From Sphaerodactylus townsendi (lineage: Eukaryota), in the NCBI RefSeq assembly GCF_021028975.2, contig NC_059434.1, forward strand, positions 67,642,001 to 67,706,000: DNA of 64,000 nucleotides. The letters run 5' to 3'. The notes beneath the pieces were generated by a model that saw only the letters and a list, made by a program, of their open reading frames with translations, did not search any database and had not been told where the DNA came from. Shown piece after piece: positions 34,840-46,368 of the stretch. The translations under genes were made by a program, and so were the position numbers. Numbering within the stretch: position 1 is the first letter of the stretch; every line of letters begins with the position of its first letter.

Positions 34840-35305
34840 TGTAGTGCGACCGCAGCGGTCAGTAAAGAACGACGAGTGACGCCGGAGATAATATCTGGTG
34901 GGAGATGCGCCAGCCAGCTGGAGACCGGAGGTCCGTGTTCCTAAGCGAAGTCTCGGCCTCGCCGGGTTCCTGGGCACCTTTTATTGTTACTCCTATCGGG
35001 GCGCAGGAGGGAGTAATCCGGGGGAGTTCAGAGGCCCGGGAGGCGTCCGGGTGGGAGATCATCAGGTGATGCATGATCTCATCTGGCTACGTCGGCGTGA
35101 GAAGAGCGACGCTGCTTCGAGTTTCATCCCTCACCTGGGGCAAGACCACGTTCCTGGGCAAGCCGGTGATTGAGCCAGACAGTTCACGACCCGTGACTCA
35201 TGGGGGGATGAGGAGTGGGGGTGCGATGCGACCGGCAAGGCCGCAGGTCCGTTGGCGTCCCAACGTTCTACTACGGCACTGCTGGGTCGGCAGTGCACTA
35301 CTACA
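34840..35305 (-). repeat. ERV 5' LTR
   Basis: TGTAGT...ACTACA terminal inverted repeat; direct repeat of 29642-30120; AATAAA on - at 34980-34985; AP-1 TGACTCA 35194-35200. Confidence 0.85.
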
Positions 35306-36316
35306 CCGCACAGCTGCAAAGTGCATTGAAAGTGCATTATTCTGTATATGCGGAAGGGGCCCATGTCAAACATTAGCTTAAGAGATGGGGACAAGTAAAG
35401 ATCCAGGCGGCAAGATTATTAGTTCTATCTTAAGCCCATGCTCTTAACTAAATGGTTCACAAGGCAGAGAAGACACTGCCTTTTGAACAACTCTTCTCAA
35501 ATGGGGAAGAGGGGATGATTGAAGCAAGGCTTCCAATGAAGATTTATAGTGAAGGAGATGGTCCTCTATCCTGATCCCAAGCCAATTGACATGTATTGAG
35601 TGTAATAAGCCATTGTATTGTTTGCTTAAAATATTACATGCACTTGCTCTATCCCCATTACTGGTTCTGAACCACCAATGTGACAAACTAATGTCTCCCC
35701 ATGAGCTCGTGCTCAGATAAATTTGGGACTCACGATTCCTTGGGATTTCAAAAAGTGTGCTTTAGTTACAAAGGAGTTTACATTCAGACTTAACAGCTGC
35801 AGAGTCTATTACCATACAGTGACCCATTTTGCCGCTCCACCACTACAGCTTTCCTTCTATAGTCTTTTCACATAGCCTTGGCTGCTCCTACTTGCTTACC
35901 TTTCACCCTCTTCCGGAAGCAACACAATTACTCCATAGAAAGTTATAAACAATACCTCTAGCTTAGACAACAAGAGTACAAGAATGACTGGGATGCAGAT
36001 GCACAATTCAGACAGCATACCAAACCATAGCTGAACAACTTACAGCTGGACACGATTACATCATGGCTTGTGAATGGTTGGCCACAGCTTCAAGTCTCTC
36101 CACATTACTACAGCGCCTCCACAAAGTATTTTCTCACTTTATGAGAATGATTTGGGGCGGCACATGTCTAAGTGTGAACAACGGTGTATCAAAAGTAAAC
36201 ACTGTAAAAAAATCTATGGAAACACCCACTGCATGGTTATGACAATTCTGTATTGTGCAAGGTAAGAAACAATGGTAACAAAATGAGAATCCTTCAATCA
36301 TGCATTGAATACTCAC

Positions 36317-36531
36317 TGTTTTTGAGCGCCAACACCTGCAGTATACTGCCTTAGTGTGACACAGATCCTCAATGTTGATTTCGTTCACTACTTTGGGATT
36401 CTCCTTTTGAATTTTGAGATTAATCAAGCTATCCTTCTGCTGTTTCTTTTTCGGAAGGAATGGACGAACCGCAAGGTATCCGAGTAGAGCGAGGACACCC
36501 AGGAAAGGCAATAACCGCAGCCATTCTGAAA
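36317..36531 (-). CDS. CISD2: CISD2 exon 2 (VSEWLRLLPFLGVLALLGYLAVRPF...YCRCWRSKT)
   Basis: 215 nt, CAG acceptor, ACA|GTGAGT donor; TM helix and first half of the CDGSH motif. Confidence 0.98.
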
Positions 36532-37625
36532 CTGAGCACATACCAGATTCTAAGATTTTCAGCACCATGAACAGTTTCCAGCATTAGTTGCTATCAAACT
36601 AGCCTGTTTCCAATAAATAAAGACTGATGTCGGGATGATGCTCAATAAAATAGGATGTAATAGAACTAAACTAACTTGTTCACTGAGGCCCTGGATTGAG
36701 AGACTCTGGTTTTACCTTGAGATGATGGAAACATTGATCAGTCTAATCGCTTTGTGCAAATAAGCGGACTTTCCATACATAAGTATGCGAAACAAGTCCT
36801 GTTTCTCAAAGATGAACGAAGGAAGGAGTCACATACAGAACACAATCGTAGCCATTAACATATCACATCCAAAAATGCAGGATACTAGCAAATTATGTTC
36901 ACTAAATGTTCAAATGACAACAGAATAAAAACAAACTCTAAAGGAGGATCAGAATTGAAACAACAAGGCATTAAAACTGATGCACAATGGTTAACACTGA
37001 AACGTTCAAAGTCATATTGATATCAAGGGTGATGTAGGGAAAACAAAGGAAACATTAACCAACAAGATTTTTTTTTAAATGAAATCCTTCCCAACCAGAA
37101 GTTCAGCTACTCACAACAGACTGAACTAAAAGCTATCCTATTTGCAAATTTAAATTTTGTGCAAATTACTTCCCGAATCATGTTCTCTTCAAATTTTAAT
37201 AGGCAGCATGTTTTCCCTTCCAGTTTCTAACAGCTGCTAGGCAGCTTGGACTCACTATTGCCAAGGTAATCCTGGCATTTCTGCAGAGTAAGTGGTCTGC
37301 AGACCTCCGCTTTGAAATACGGGGAGGGATGAAAATAATTACGTTCCTTCAGTTCTCTGATGGTGCCAAGAATTAATCAAAAGACTCCACAGATCCAGAC
37401 CACAAACACATGTTCTTAGCAGGCTGATAAAGACAGCAACAATATTCCCGATCAATAGAATTTTGTCTTTGGGTGGTCCCACCCCCTAACCCACAAATGC
37501 CCAGCAATCATTTCTATTTTCCCAGCAACCCTTTCACAAGGCTACGGCAATCCTCCAGCTGCAAAAGTAATGCACACATATGAAAGATGCACCCAATGAA
37601 TACATGTATAGAGAAAGCTGCATGG

Positions 37626-37990
37626 TATTGTCGAAGGTTTTCACGGCCAGAATCACTGGGGTGTTGTGTGGTTTCCAGGCTGTATGGCTGTGTTCTAGTA
37701 GCATTTCTCCTGATGTTTCGCCTGCATCTGTGGCTGGCATCTTCAGAGGATCTGATGGTAGTAAAGCAAGTGGAGTATATATACCTGTGGACTGTCCAGA
37801 GTGGGAGAAAGAACCATTTGGCTGTTTTAACAAGTGTAACTTAACAAGCTTGATTTGCATGTTGAGTGGGATCCACCCATTTTAGCATGTGAATAACCAT
37901 GAAGCATGTGAATAACCATGAAGAAAGCATAATCAATTAGCGAGGGCATCTGCATAGTAGTAGCCTGGCCTTTTGATCCCTTTTGATCGC
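37626..37990 (-). mobile_element. Penelope-like element terminal fragment; related pieces at ~17563-17668(+), 12698-12870, 27378-27450
   Basis: Recurrent gtttcgcctgcatctgtggctggcatcttcagagg module and gaaggt/ctttcacgg termini. Confidence 0.7.
37708..37750 (-). ncRNA. Minimal type-I hammerhead ribozyme motif within a Penelope fragment
   Basis: UCCU-CUGAAGA-U-GCCAGC(cacagau)GCAGGC-GAAAC-AUC-AGGA: stem I UCCU/AGGA, stem II, and intact CUGANGA and GAAA core boxes. Confidence 0.6.
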
Positions 37991-39099
37991 TTACTGCCTA
38001 GAGACATCCTTTGCCTGTGTCTCTGCAGCGTAGAAGAAAGGTTAGAGAACAGAGTAAGTGTGCTTTCCTGATCCGTAGTTTTTCCAGTCTCCGTGTGTCT
38101 TGGATGGCTGTATGGCTTGCTGACTAATAATTGAAAGATGTTAATTTCACATGTGTAAATTTACGGAAGTCCATGAAGGAGTAAAATTAAATATTTATGT
38201 AAGAAACTATAATTGACAATAAGATTCAGGACAATTACTTTAATGAATAATTAACTTATCAGATCCATTACCATGGAGGGAAAGGCCAGGTCTGAGAGAT
38301 CCTGTGCATGCTGTCTTGGTCTAAGACCTTAGAGACCTTCTACCAGTCACAAGGGGCAATACTCAGTTGGGTAGACCAATGATCTGGCTTGATATAAGAC
38401 AGCTTCATATATTCAGGAGCTCATGATGATCACTCTACCTCTGGTGGGTTTTTTAAAAAAATATTAGATATGTTCATAAAGGATACATTAATCAACTGCT
38501 ATTAATGATACTCTGTTCCACATAAGGACGACTGTTCAGTCAGTTGAGGCGCAGCGATTGAAGAAGTTGTATGCTTCCGCATTAGAACATAGTCCCAAAA
38601 GAATATGAACATTATCATTCAGTTTCATGCACTGCATTTGTCAAAACCATTATTTTGTGCATTACTGAACGTAGTACTTGAATCAAAAAGCCTTTATTCC
38701 AAAATGTGTTTTTACTTTCAGTTTTTCAAACAGATGCGGGGAGAAGGGAACAATGCCCTGGAAATAAATAAATGGCATAACCAAGGTAGGCACTAGGACC
38801 CAGGCAGAGCATTCTACAACAAATAAGGTCTGGCATGCTTTATTTTGTGGTGGAGTAATATACTATCTACTATCATCTTTATGTGGACAGAGCATATAAG
38901 AATTAAAAGTTGAGTCCTCAGGTTCAGAGATAATCTCCAATTCTTTGATCTGCTGAGCAAACAACAGAGGATGGGTCATCAATCTGACCCATGTTGGAGT
39001 CTGAATCCTTGACAAACTGGACCTTTTGCTTGGTTCAGAAAGGTAGTTCTTGTCTTCCCAGCATTGTAAAGGTAAAAGTAGTTTTGTGCGCAAATGGGT

Positions 39100-39330
39100 T
39101 GACGTCACATCATGACATTTACCAGGCAGATTTTGTTTAGGTGGTGGTTTGCCACTGCCTTCCCCAGATGTCTACACTTTAGCCCCAGCCAGCTAGGCAC
39201 TCATTTTACTGACTTCAGAAGGATAGAAGTCTGTCAGTCTTGAGCCAGCTACCTATTTATTTTGGGATTGAACTCAGGTCGTGACCAGAACTTGGACTGC
39301 AGTACTGCAGCACACCCTTCTGCACCACGG
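39100..39330. mobile_element. Sauria SINE fragment
   Basis: ggcactcattttactgac..gaaggatagaag..gagccagct conserved Sauria core. Confidence 0.6.
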
Positions 39331-40216
39331 GGTTTCTTTCTCAGCATCTTAGGTACTCTTAAACGAAGGCAAGATGATGACCTTTTCTTTCTGCTGAAAA
39401 GCATCGAGAGGTGCACCAAATGTAGCTCTCAGAGACAGCTGTATCTCTTCCTTTGACCTGGTTGCAAACACTCTGCTAAGAACAGATAACAGCTGCCGGG
39501 GTATCACCATCAGTTTAATCAATTATACCAGCCTAGGAAGCAGAGTCATCATGAGGCCATAGTATACATTTCAGCAGAAGTACTAGGAACAAGAAGAGGA
39601 ACTGAAAGAAGGAAGAGTCCCTGCACTGCAAGGCAAAGTCATGCTGGGCTATTTGCAAATTCTTTGTTGGTGTCTCTTTATCTTTCACTCACAGTTATTC
39701 TTTTGTGTCAAACTGTTTCTTTCCCCCTCCCTACCCTACCCTTCACTCCAGGATGGGTGAACCATAACCAGATGACGGGACCCCTTCTCCTTTCCCCCTG
39801 CTTCCCCATCCCCCCATGTTCCCTTCTTTCCCAGTTTCTGAACCATATTCTAAATCACATTTAAGGATCTCAGTTCATAGAATCACAGAGTTGGAAGAGA
39901 CCACAAGGGCCATCAAGTCCAACTTAAAAACAGCACTAGTATCCTGAGACTGTCAGAAGCCGAATAAAGCCATTGACCTCCTAGATTTTCTGATAGCTAC
40001 AATCGCAAACAAACATCACATTGCATATGTGACCCTGCACATTCTAGGATCAAGTATCTTTGTGCAGCAACAGCCCAAAAGGGTCAGAACTGACCAAGAG
40101 CACACAAAATTAGGGCTGGACAATTATCTATATAAGGGATTTTTGTGGACAGCGGCCAATGAATCTTAGCTTTCGTTTAAAAGTGTCTTGAAACCATACT
40201 GCAACATATACTAAAG

Positions 40217-40794
40217 CAGTGGTGGCGAATCTATGGCACGGGTGCCAGAGGTGGCACTCAGAGCCCTCTCTGTGGGCACGCGCAAACAGAGTCGCCCCCA
40301 CCCCCCACACATCTAGGCTGGCTTAGGCCACTGGGCTAGATTATTAGCATTAAACCTAAGACCTAGTTTTGGGGAAGCAGTGTAGGTAACCCTGTTAAGC
40401 GCTGTTAAACCCCACTGATTTTCATGCAAAGAACTAAAGCGCGATCCTTTACCTGGGAGAAACCTCGGTTGCTGGCAATGAGGCTTGCTTCTGAGTAAAC
40501 CCTCCTAGGGTCGTGATTCACCCGTTGGAAGAGTTGCGCAGTTGCTTCAAAGCAAAGCCACCGACTACCACCAAGCATACTCCCGAGTAACGCACACCTC
40601 AGAGCCATCCGTTTTTTTCTAAACTAAAACCTCAGTATTCAGGTTAAATTGCTGTGTCGGCACTTTGCGATAAATAAGTGGGTTTTGGGTCGCAGTTTGG
40701 GCACTCGGTCTCGAAAAGGTCTGTACTAAAGGATCCGAAACAATGTACTACACTGTACATTGATCAGAAACAATGTGCTACACAAACATCACTG
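40217..40794. mobile_element. Non-autonomous hAT (~515-bp family) with disrupted right TIR
   Basis: High similarity to 43090-43604; TSD TACTAAAG. Confidence 0.85.
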
Positions 40795-41704
40795 TACTAA
40801 AGGATCAGAAACCATGGGGGATAAAATTTCATGATGCTTCAGCTCCTTGTGTGACCTTTAGGGATTTCAGACTCAAAGTTTTTCTGACATTGACATGATG
40901 TCTTCATATGAGAGAAAGCCTTTCCTTTTAAGTTTAGCCTGAAGGCAGCAGTCATTCCCTCTTCCTGTCACCCAGCCAGATGCAACAGGCATCTTTTCCT
41001 ACTTCTCATTCCCCCAACCCCCCCCCCCCCTGACTTTAGGTAGGCACAGTAAATAAACAAGACAAACTGTTGCACTGCAACTGTCAGTAGTATTTTTAAA
41101 CAAAATCTGATCTATAGCATGTACTGCAAACCACAACTAAATGCCATAAACTCTATGAGGACAGTGTTTGTAAGATCTTATCCTCTGCCTCTAACAGTAG
41201 CCCAGAACATACAAGTTTACTAACCAAGTTCTTCTCACTAGTCAGGTCCATATCAAGAAAAATGCCACCTGCACACTTTGTGTGTCACAGGACTGCAAGG
41301 AAGCAGAACAAGTTTTAAAAAAAGGAGGCAACAGCATTCTGTGCAAATGGTAGGCCCCTAAAGTAGTAAAAAGCTCATTCTGCAAGAAATTAGAAAAAAA
41401 TTAAGATGCCACAGGACTCTTTGGCCTCATTCTGTCACGTTGGTCCCAGTCAGGAATGTGATATGAGTTTTCTTGTGAGGGGATTAGACAGATTCATGAA
41501 GGATATGTCTATCCGTAGCTGCAAGCCAAGGTAGCTAAAGGGATCCTCCACTTCCAAAGACAATAGACCTCTGGATACCAGTGCCAAGAGGCAACATCAG
41601 GGGAAGGTCTTGGCCTCTACACCCCAGTTACTGGACCCCCAGAAGAACTGGTTGGTCATTGTGTGAAACCAGAGACTAGACTAGATGAACCACTGGCCTG
41701 ATAC

Positions 41705-43775
41705 AGCACAAAATATTATGCACAAGATTATACTAAAATTTCACAAACCAATTGCTGAGACATCTTTGGATTTGGACAGATGGACAACCTTAAGCTTGTC
41801 TCTCTGGGGCAAAAGAAATACACTCAAAATGAATATGATACCTAAGATTATTTATATATTATGTGCAATTCCTTTCCATATACTTTGCTTCAGAAATTTA
41901 TGAAAGGTTCCATGTTGCCTCAAAGAATGCAGCTTCCATTTAATGAAGGAGGACTGGGCTTCCCTGATCTTGGTTTAGATCATCAGGCATACTTGTTAAC
42001 TTGTACTAATTACTGGGATCACTCCTCGCAGTTGGACTATCTGTTTTGGGCTCATTTGAAGGCTTCTTGCCCCTTTCTAAGTGAAATGCAATCAGGTCTA
42101 CTTGTGCTAGAGAGGATCCCATTCCTCTTGCAATTTCTGCAATGAGAGAACAATGGTGTATAAGGGCACAACAATACCAACATTATGGACCACTCCAGAT
42201 CTAAAAATTGGGAAGAAATCTTTTTAATGGATGGCCTGGACTGACAAGGGGATTTTTTGTTACATTAGACCAACTGATGGGTTATATTGATGAGGTTTTG
42301 TCATTTTCACAGCAGAGGTCTAGATATGACTTGTCACCTTATATAGAATGGCAATACTTACGGTTGAAACATTTGTTGGTATCTAAATATAGCCCTGCAG
42401 CATTGGCAGTGAAATCTTAAGGAGAGTTACTTTTATGTCAATAAAGGTGTGATTGATTGATTGATTGTTACTCTAGTCTAAGTCCATTCATTTCAATGGG
42501 CTCAGACTTGCAGTAACTCTGCATAGGATTGCATTGTAAGTGTCCCAGAGTCTCATTTGTTCCTGCAAACTTTAACTGAATCAAGGCAGAAAACAAAACC
42601 TACAATATTTTATAAACTATGACATGCAGAGTCAGGAATGAATGGAATAGGAACTAGATTGCTCTATTTTGCCAAAGTGATGGGATATGGTCTTTAACTT
42701 TATACCTGCTCTGTCCATGGATCTTAACTTTGAAACTTATCCAGCAAAAATATGTTCAAGATAACCTGGACACTGCAGTGACTCTTTAGCAAAACACTGA
42801 GTGAGGTGTGTAATTGTTGGCAGGACAAATCTCTTAAACACATGCTTTGTGCATGTCCAGTAATTAGGTTTTTCTGGGAATATGTTATTAGTTATTACCT
42901 GAATCAGTTTTGTTAGCCTGTTTCTTGGAGGCTAACAGTTGGACAACAAAAATGAACCCTCTGTGCGCTTATTATAGCTAAAAGATTTGTATTACACACT
43001 AGAAAGATAAAAAGCCCGCCTCTGATAAATCAATGGATTTTGGACATTTAAATTCTATCAATATTTGAATGCACAGTATATAAATAGCACAGTGGTGATG
43101 AACCTATAGCACGGGTGCCAGAGGTAGCACTCAGAGCCCTCTCAGTGGACACACGCAAACAGCGTGCTCCCCCGCCCCCCCCCCATCTAGGCTGGCCTGG
43201 GCCACTGGGCTCGATTATTAGCATTAAACCTAAGACTCAGTTTTGGGGAAGCAGTGTAGGTAACCCTGTTAAGCGCTGTTAAACCCCATTGATTTTCATG
43301 TAAAGAACTATAGCGCGATCCTTTACCTGGGAGTAAGCTCGGTTGCTGGCAATGCGGCTTGCTTCTGAGTAAACTCTGCTAGGGTCTTGATTCACCAGTT
43401 GGAAGAGTTGCATGATTGCTTCAAAGCAAAGCCACCGACTACCACCAATCTTACTCCTGAGTAACGCACGCCTCAGAGCCAACCATTTTTTCTAAACTAA
43501 AACCTCAGTATTCAGATTAAATTGCCGTGTTGGCACTTTGCGATAAATAAGTGGGTCTGGGTTGCAATTTGGGCACTCGGTCTCGAAAAGGTTCGCCATC
43601 ACTGAAATAGCAATTGTGCACAGACTTATCTTTAGATATTTGGAAACAGTTTATAGAAATGTATGTGTACATCTGCCACCACGGTTGAATGTTTCTGTCT
43701 TTATGTATCTCTCATTTTTTCTTTTTAATTTTTTCCCCTTTTTTGTGAAGGAAATAAAATAGAATTTTTAAAAAC
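41705..43775 (+). mobile_element. Decayed L1-clade ORF2 3' portion with 3' UTR and poly(A) signal
   Basis: LDRW--LSLSLWGKRN-LKMNMIPKIIY; LP--EGGLGFPDL; ends aataaaatagaatttttaaaaa. Confidence 0.7.
43090..43604. mobile_element. Non-autonomous hAT inserted into an L1 remnant
   Basis: TIR CAGTGGTGATGAACCT / AGGTTCGCCATCACTG; perfect 8-bp TSD AAATAGCA. Confidence 0.9.
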
Positions 43776-46276
43776 CACTGGGTGGGATTCTCCTTGTTTT
43801 TCCACTGAAATTCATTCAGTTTCCCTTTGCAGCACTTGTACCACATGACTTATGCTCACAGATGTGACACGGTCCCTGGTTGTCAAAGTAGGCCCCTCTT
43901 CAATTTTACCAGGATTAAGGCTAGTGGGATCCAACCCAATGTCTCTGAAGCATGAATAATACTATTTGGCTTCAGTGAAACTAATCAGCTCCTTCCTTAC
44001 ACATACTTTTAAGCAAGGATTTTACTGGAACATATTGGGATCATCCAATTTACAACCTTTTGTTTGTACTGAACAGGTTTAGCATGGGCAACGGAGCATA
44101 GTAAACATGCTGACCTATAAGAAACTATGTTACACTGCAGAAACCTAACTTACTATTCACAAAGAGGTCACCCATGTGTTTGCTTTGGCTGCAGATGTAC
44201 AAGGGGACCCACTGATTGATCCAGTACCTGAATGCTGGATCTCCCAGTTCACTGACTTAAGGAGCCAGTCCAATAAGTAAGATTGGTCACAAATACTCAT
44301 GGTATGGCCCTTACAGAACTAACCCAAGATGTAGAGGCAAGTGTACAATATGGATCAAAGTGACAGAGCTGGCAACAATTTTTTGAGAGTCTCACAAAAC
44401 TCTTACGTTTGACAGAGATCAGTGGGCAGTGAGGCTATAAAACAGATGCATCACCCAAAGCAACTTATATTTGGCTGGGAATGTGGGACTGGTCCAAGAT
44501 CATAGCTGCAGAAGGTAAACCCTCTTGCCATGGTGACACTGACAAAAAAAGGGACTATCTCACAAGGCCTCTGGAGCAGACTGGAAATCATGCACAGAAG
44601 CAACGAAGCAGGGAAGATTTGCCTCAAAACGTAAGAGGCAGCTTTCCTCCAGGACCAGTTCTCTGGGCCCCATTTTGGAAGTGCATTTCAGGACTCCTGT
44701 CAGCAGGGTCCCACGGCTGCTCTGTGGGCTGCAGCAAGTTCTCGACTAGTTGACCCCTGACCCAAAGCCGGAAGGGGGGTTTAACTTGAAATTTATGAGA
44801 CACTCAGGAAAGCCATTGACAAACCGAGGAGGCGATGAAGATTTAAAAAGTGGGATTTGAAGAATCTTTCATTTGAAGCTGCCCTCTGCATTATGAGGCT
44901 AATAAAACGAAACAACAGCTAGGGCTATTGTCAGGAAGGGCAAGCAGAACAACATTCTGCTTTCACTCAGCACGCTTGCCCCCACAGCCTTCAAATTGTG
45001 CCTATCCTGATTAACAAGATTCCAGCCGTGTCAGCCAACATGGCTGCTATTCATGAAAACTGAAGCTCATTTAGCCTCTGGTGCCTTTAGATTTATGAGC
45101 CAGTTCAGCCTACGGATTGTGCATAGCTGGAGGTGAGGTATAAAATCCAGAAACAAGAGCTCTGATATCTCGGCCCAGAGAGAATGGTGCTCTGGTTTAA
45201 GGAAGCTGCTCTGACTTCACCCCTGCTTCATCCTTGTGAGGAAGTTTTTAATGAGGGGAAAATAGAAGCAAAAAATCAACACACAGTTCTAAGCAGCCCA
45301 TGTCACGTTCAGAAATTTTTTACAAGCTCGCTTTTCTTTTGCTGTATCAGTAAAACACATTGCAGGAGACAAACGTGCCTACAGGATATGAAAGAAAGAA
45401 TAAAGTGGCAGAGGTACTTACGATATGGAATTCAGCCTACTCTGCCAAGACAGTCTTTTCCTGAAATGACTAGTAACTTCTATGTTATGTATTTTTTTAA
45501 CCTCACAGCACCTCCATGGAGGATAAGTCTATCGGTGGCTACTAGCCATAGTTGCTAAAGGTTGCTCCATGTTCGACATGGTTGATCCATGTTCAAAGGC
45601 AGTAAATCTCTGAATACCAGTGCCAGAAGGCAGCAACAGGGGAAGGTCTTAGCCTCTATTCCCTAACGCTGGACCTCTAGAGGCAATGGTTGGTCACTGT
45701 GCAAGACAGGATCCTGGACTAGATAATCACTGGTCTGATCCAGCAATGCTCTTTTTATATTCTAATGTTCCATGGAGCCCAGGCCTATGAGAATGGGGAT
45801 TACCATAGAATACAGGAAGCTAAGAGCTAGTTTGGTGCAGTGGTCAAGAGTTGTGGACGCTAATCTGGGGAACCGGGTTTCATTCCCCGCTACTCCCCAT
45901 GAGTAGTGGTCTCTGATCTGGTGAACCAGGTTTGTTTCCCCAATCCTATACATGAAGCCTACTGGGTGACCTTGGCCCAGTCACATTCTTTCAGAACTTT
46001 ATCAGCCCCATTTACCTCACAAGTAATCTGTTGTGGGGAGAGGAAGGGAAGGAGTTTGTAAGTCACTTAAGAGAATCCTTACGGTTGAGAAAAGTGAGGT
46101 ATAAGTCCAAATTCTTTTTCTTATAAAATAAACCACTGACATACATAGTTCATAAACGGTAACTTCATCTGAAAAAGCTCTCCAAGATGTAGTCTCACTG
46201 ATCTATGGCACTTCCTGTTGTGCTGAAATATATTGGTATATATGTGTACACATGTACGTATATATGTATGTGTGCG

Positions 46277-46277
<1 letters not shown>

Positions 46278-46368
<91 letters not shown>
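46278..46368. repeat. (TATC)n microsatellite
   Basis: ~22 perfect units. Confidence 0.95.

Larger units (their letters stand above)
29642..35305 (-). mobile_element. Endogenous retrovirus, class II (beta-like) backbone with gamma-type env remnant, internally deleted, in CISD2 intron 2
   Basis: Two LTRs, PBS-Phe, PPT, and frameshifted motifs on -: MA (WY-G-G-TLNLKDWENI), CA (MVPDDWKIL; MHR KPREPYAEFVNRL), Zn knuckle (C-RCQKGFHW--DCR), dUTPase-like VDSN, protease (LVDT-ADVT, VNLWG), IN-like TGV...ER, TM (AIDYVLLLHHQSC...MCCFNLS). Confidence 0.9.

Noticed and set aside
29642-35305. Dating the ERV as ancient from LTR-LTR divergence
   Set aside because: The differences are indel-dominated with CpG retained, more consistent with sequence error than with age.
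30855-35394. Dense ORFs on both strands suggesting a foreign or bacterial gene cluster
   Set aside because: Explained by a GC-rich, frameshifted ERV on -; the + strand ORFs are antisense shadows.
36134-36568. 144-aa single-exon CISD2-like ORF
   Set aside because: This is exon 2 plus intronic read-through; canonical splice sites bound the homologous part.
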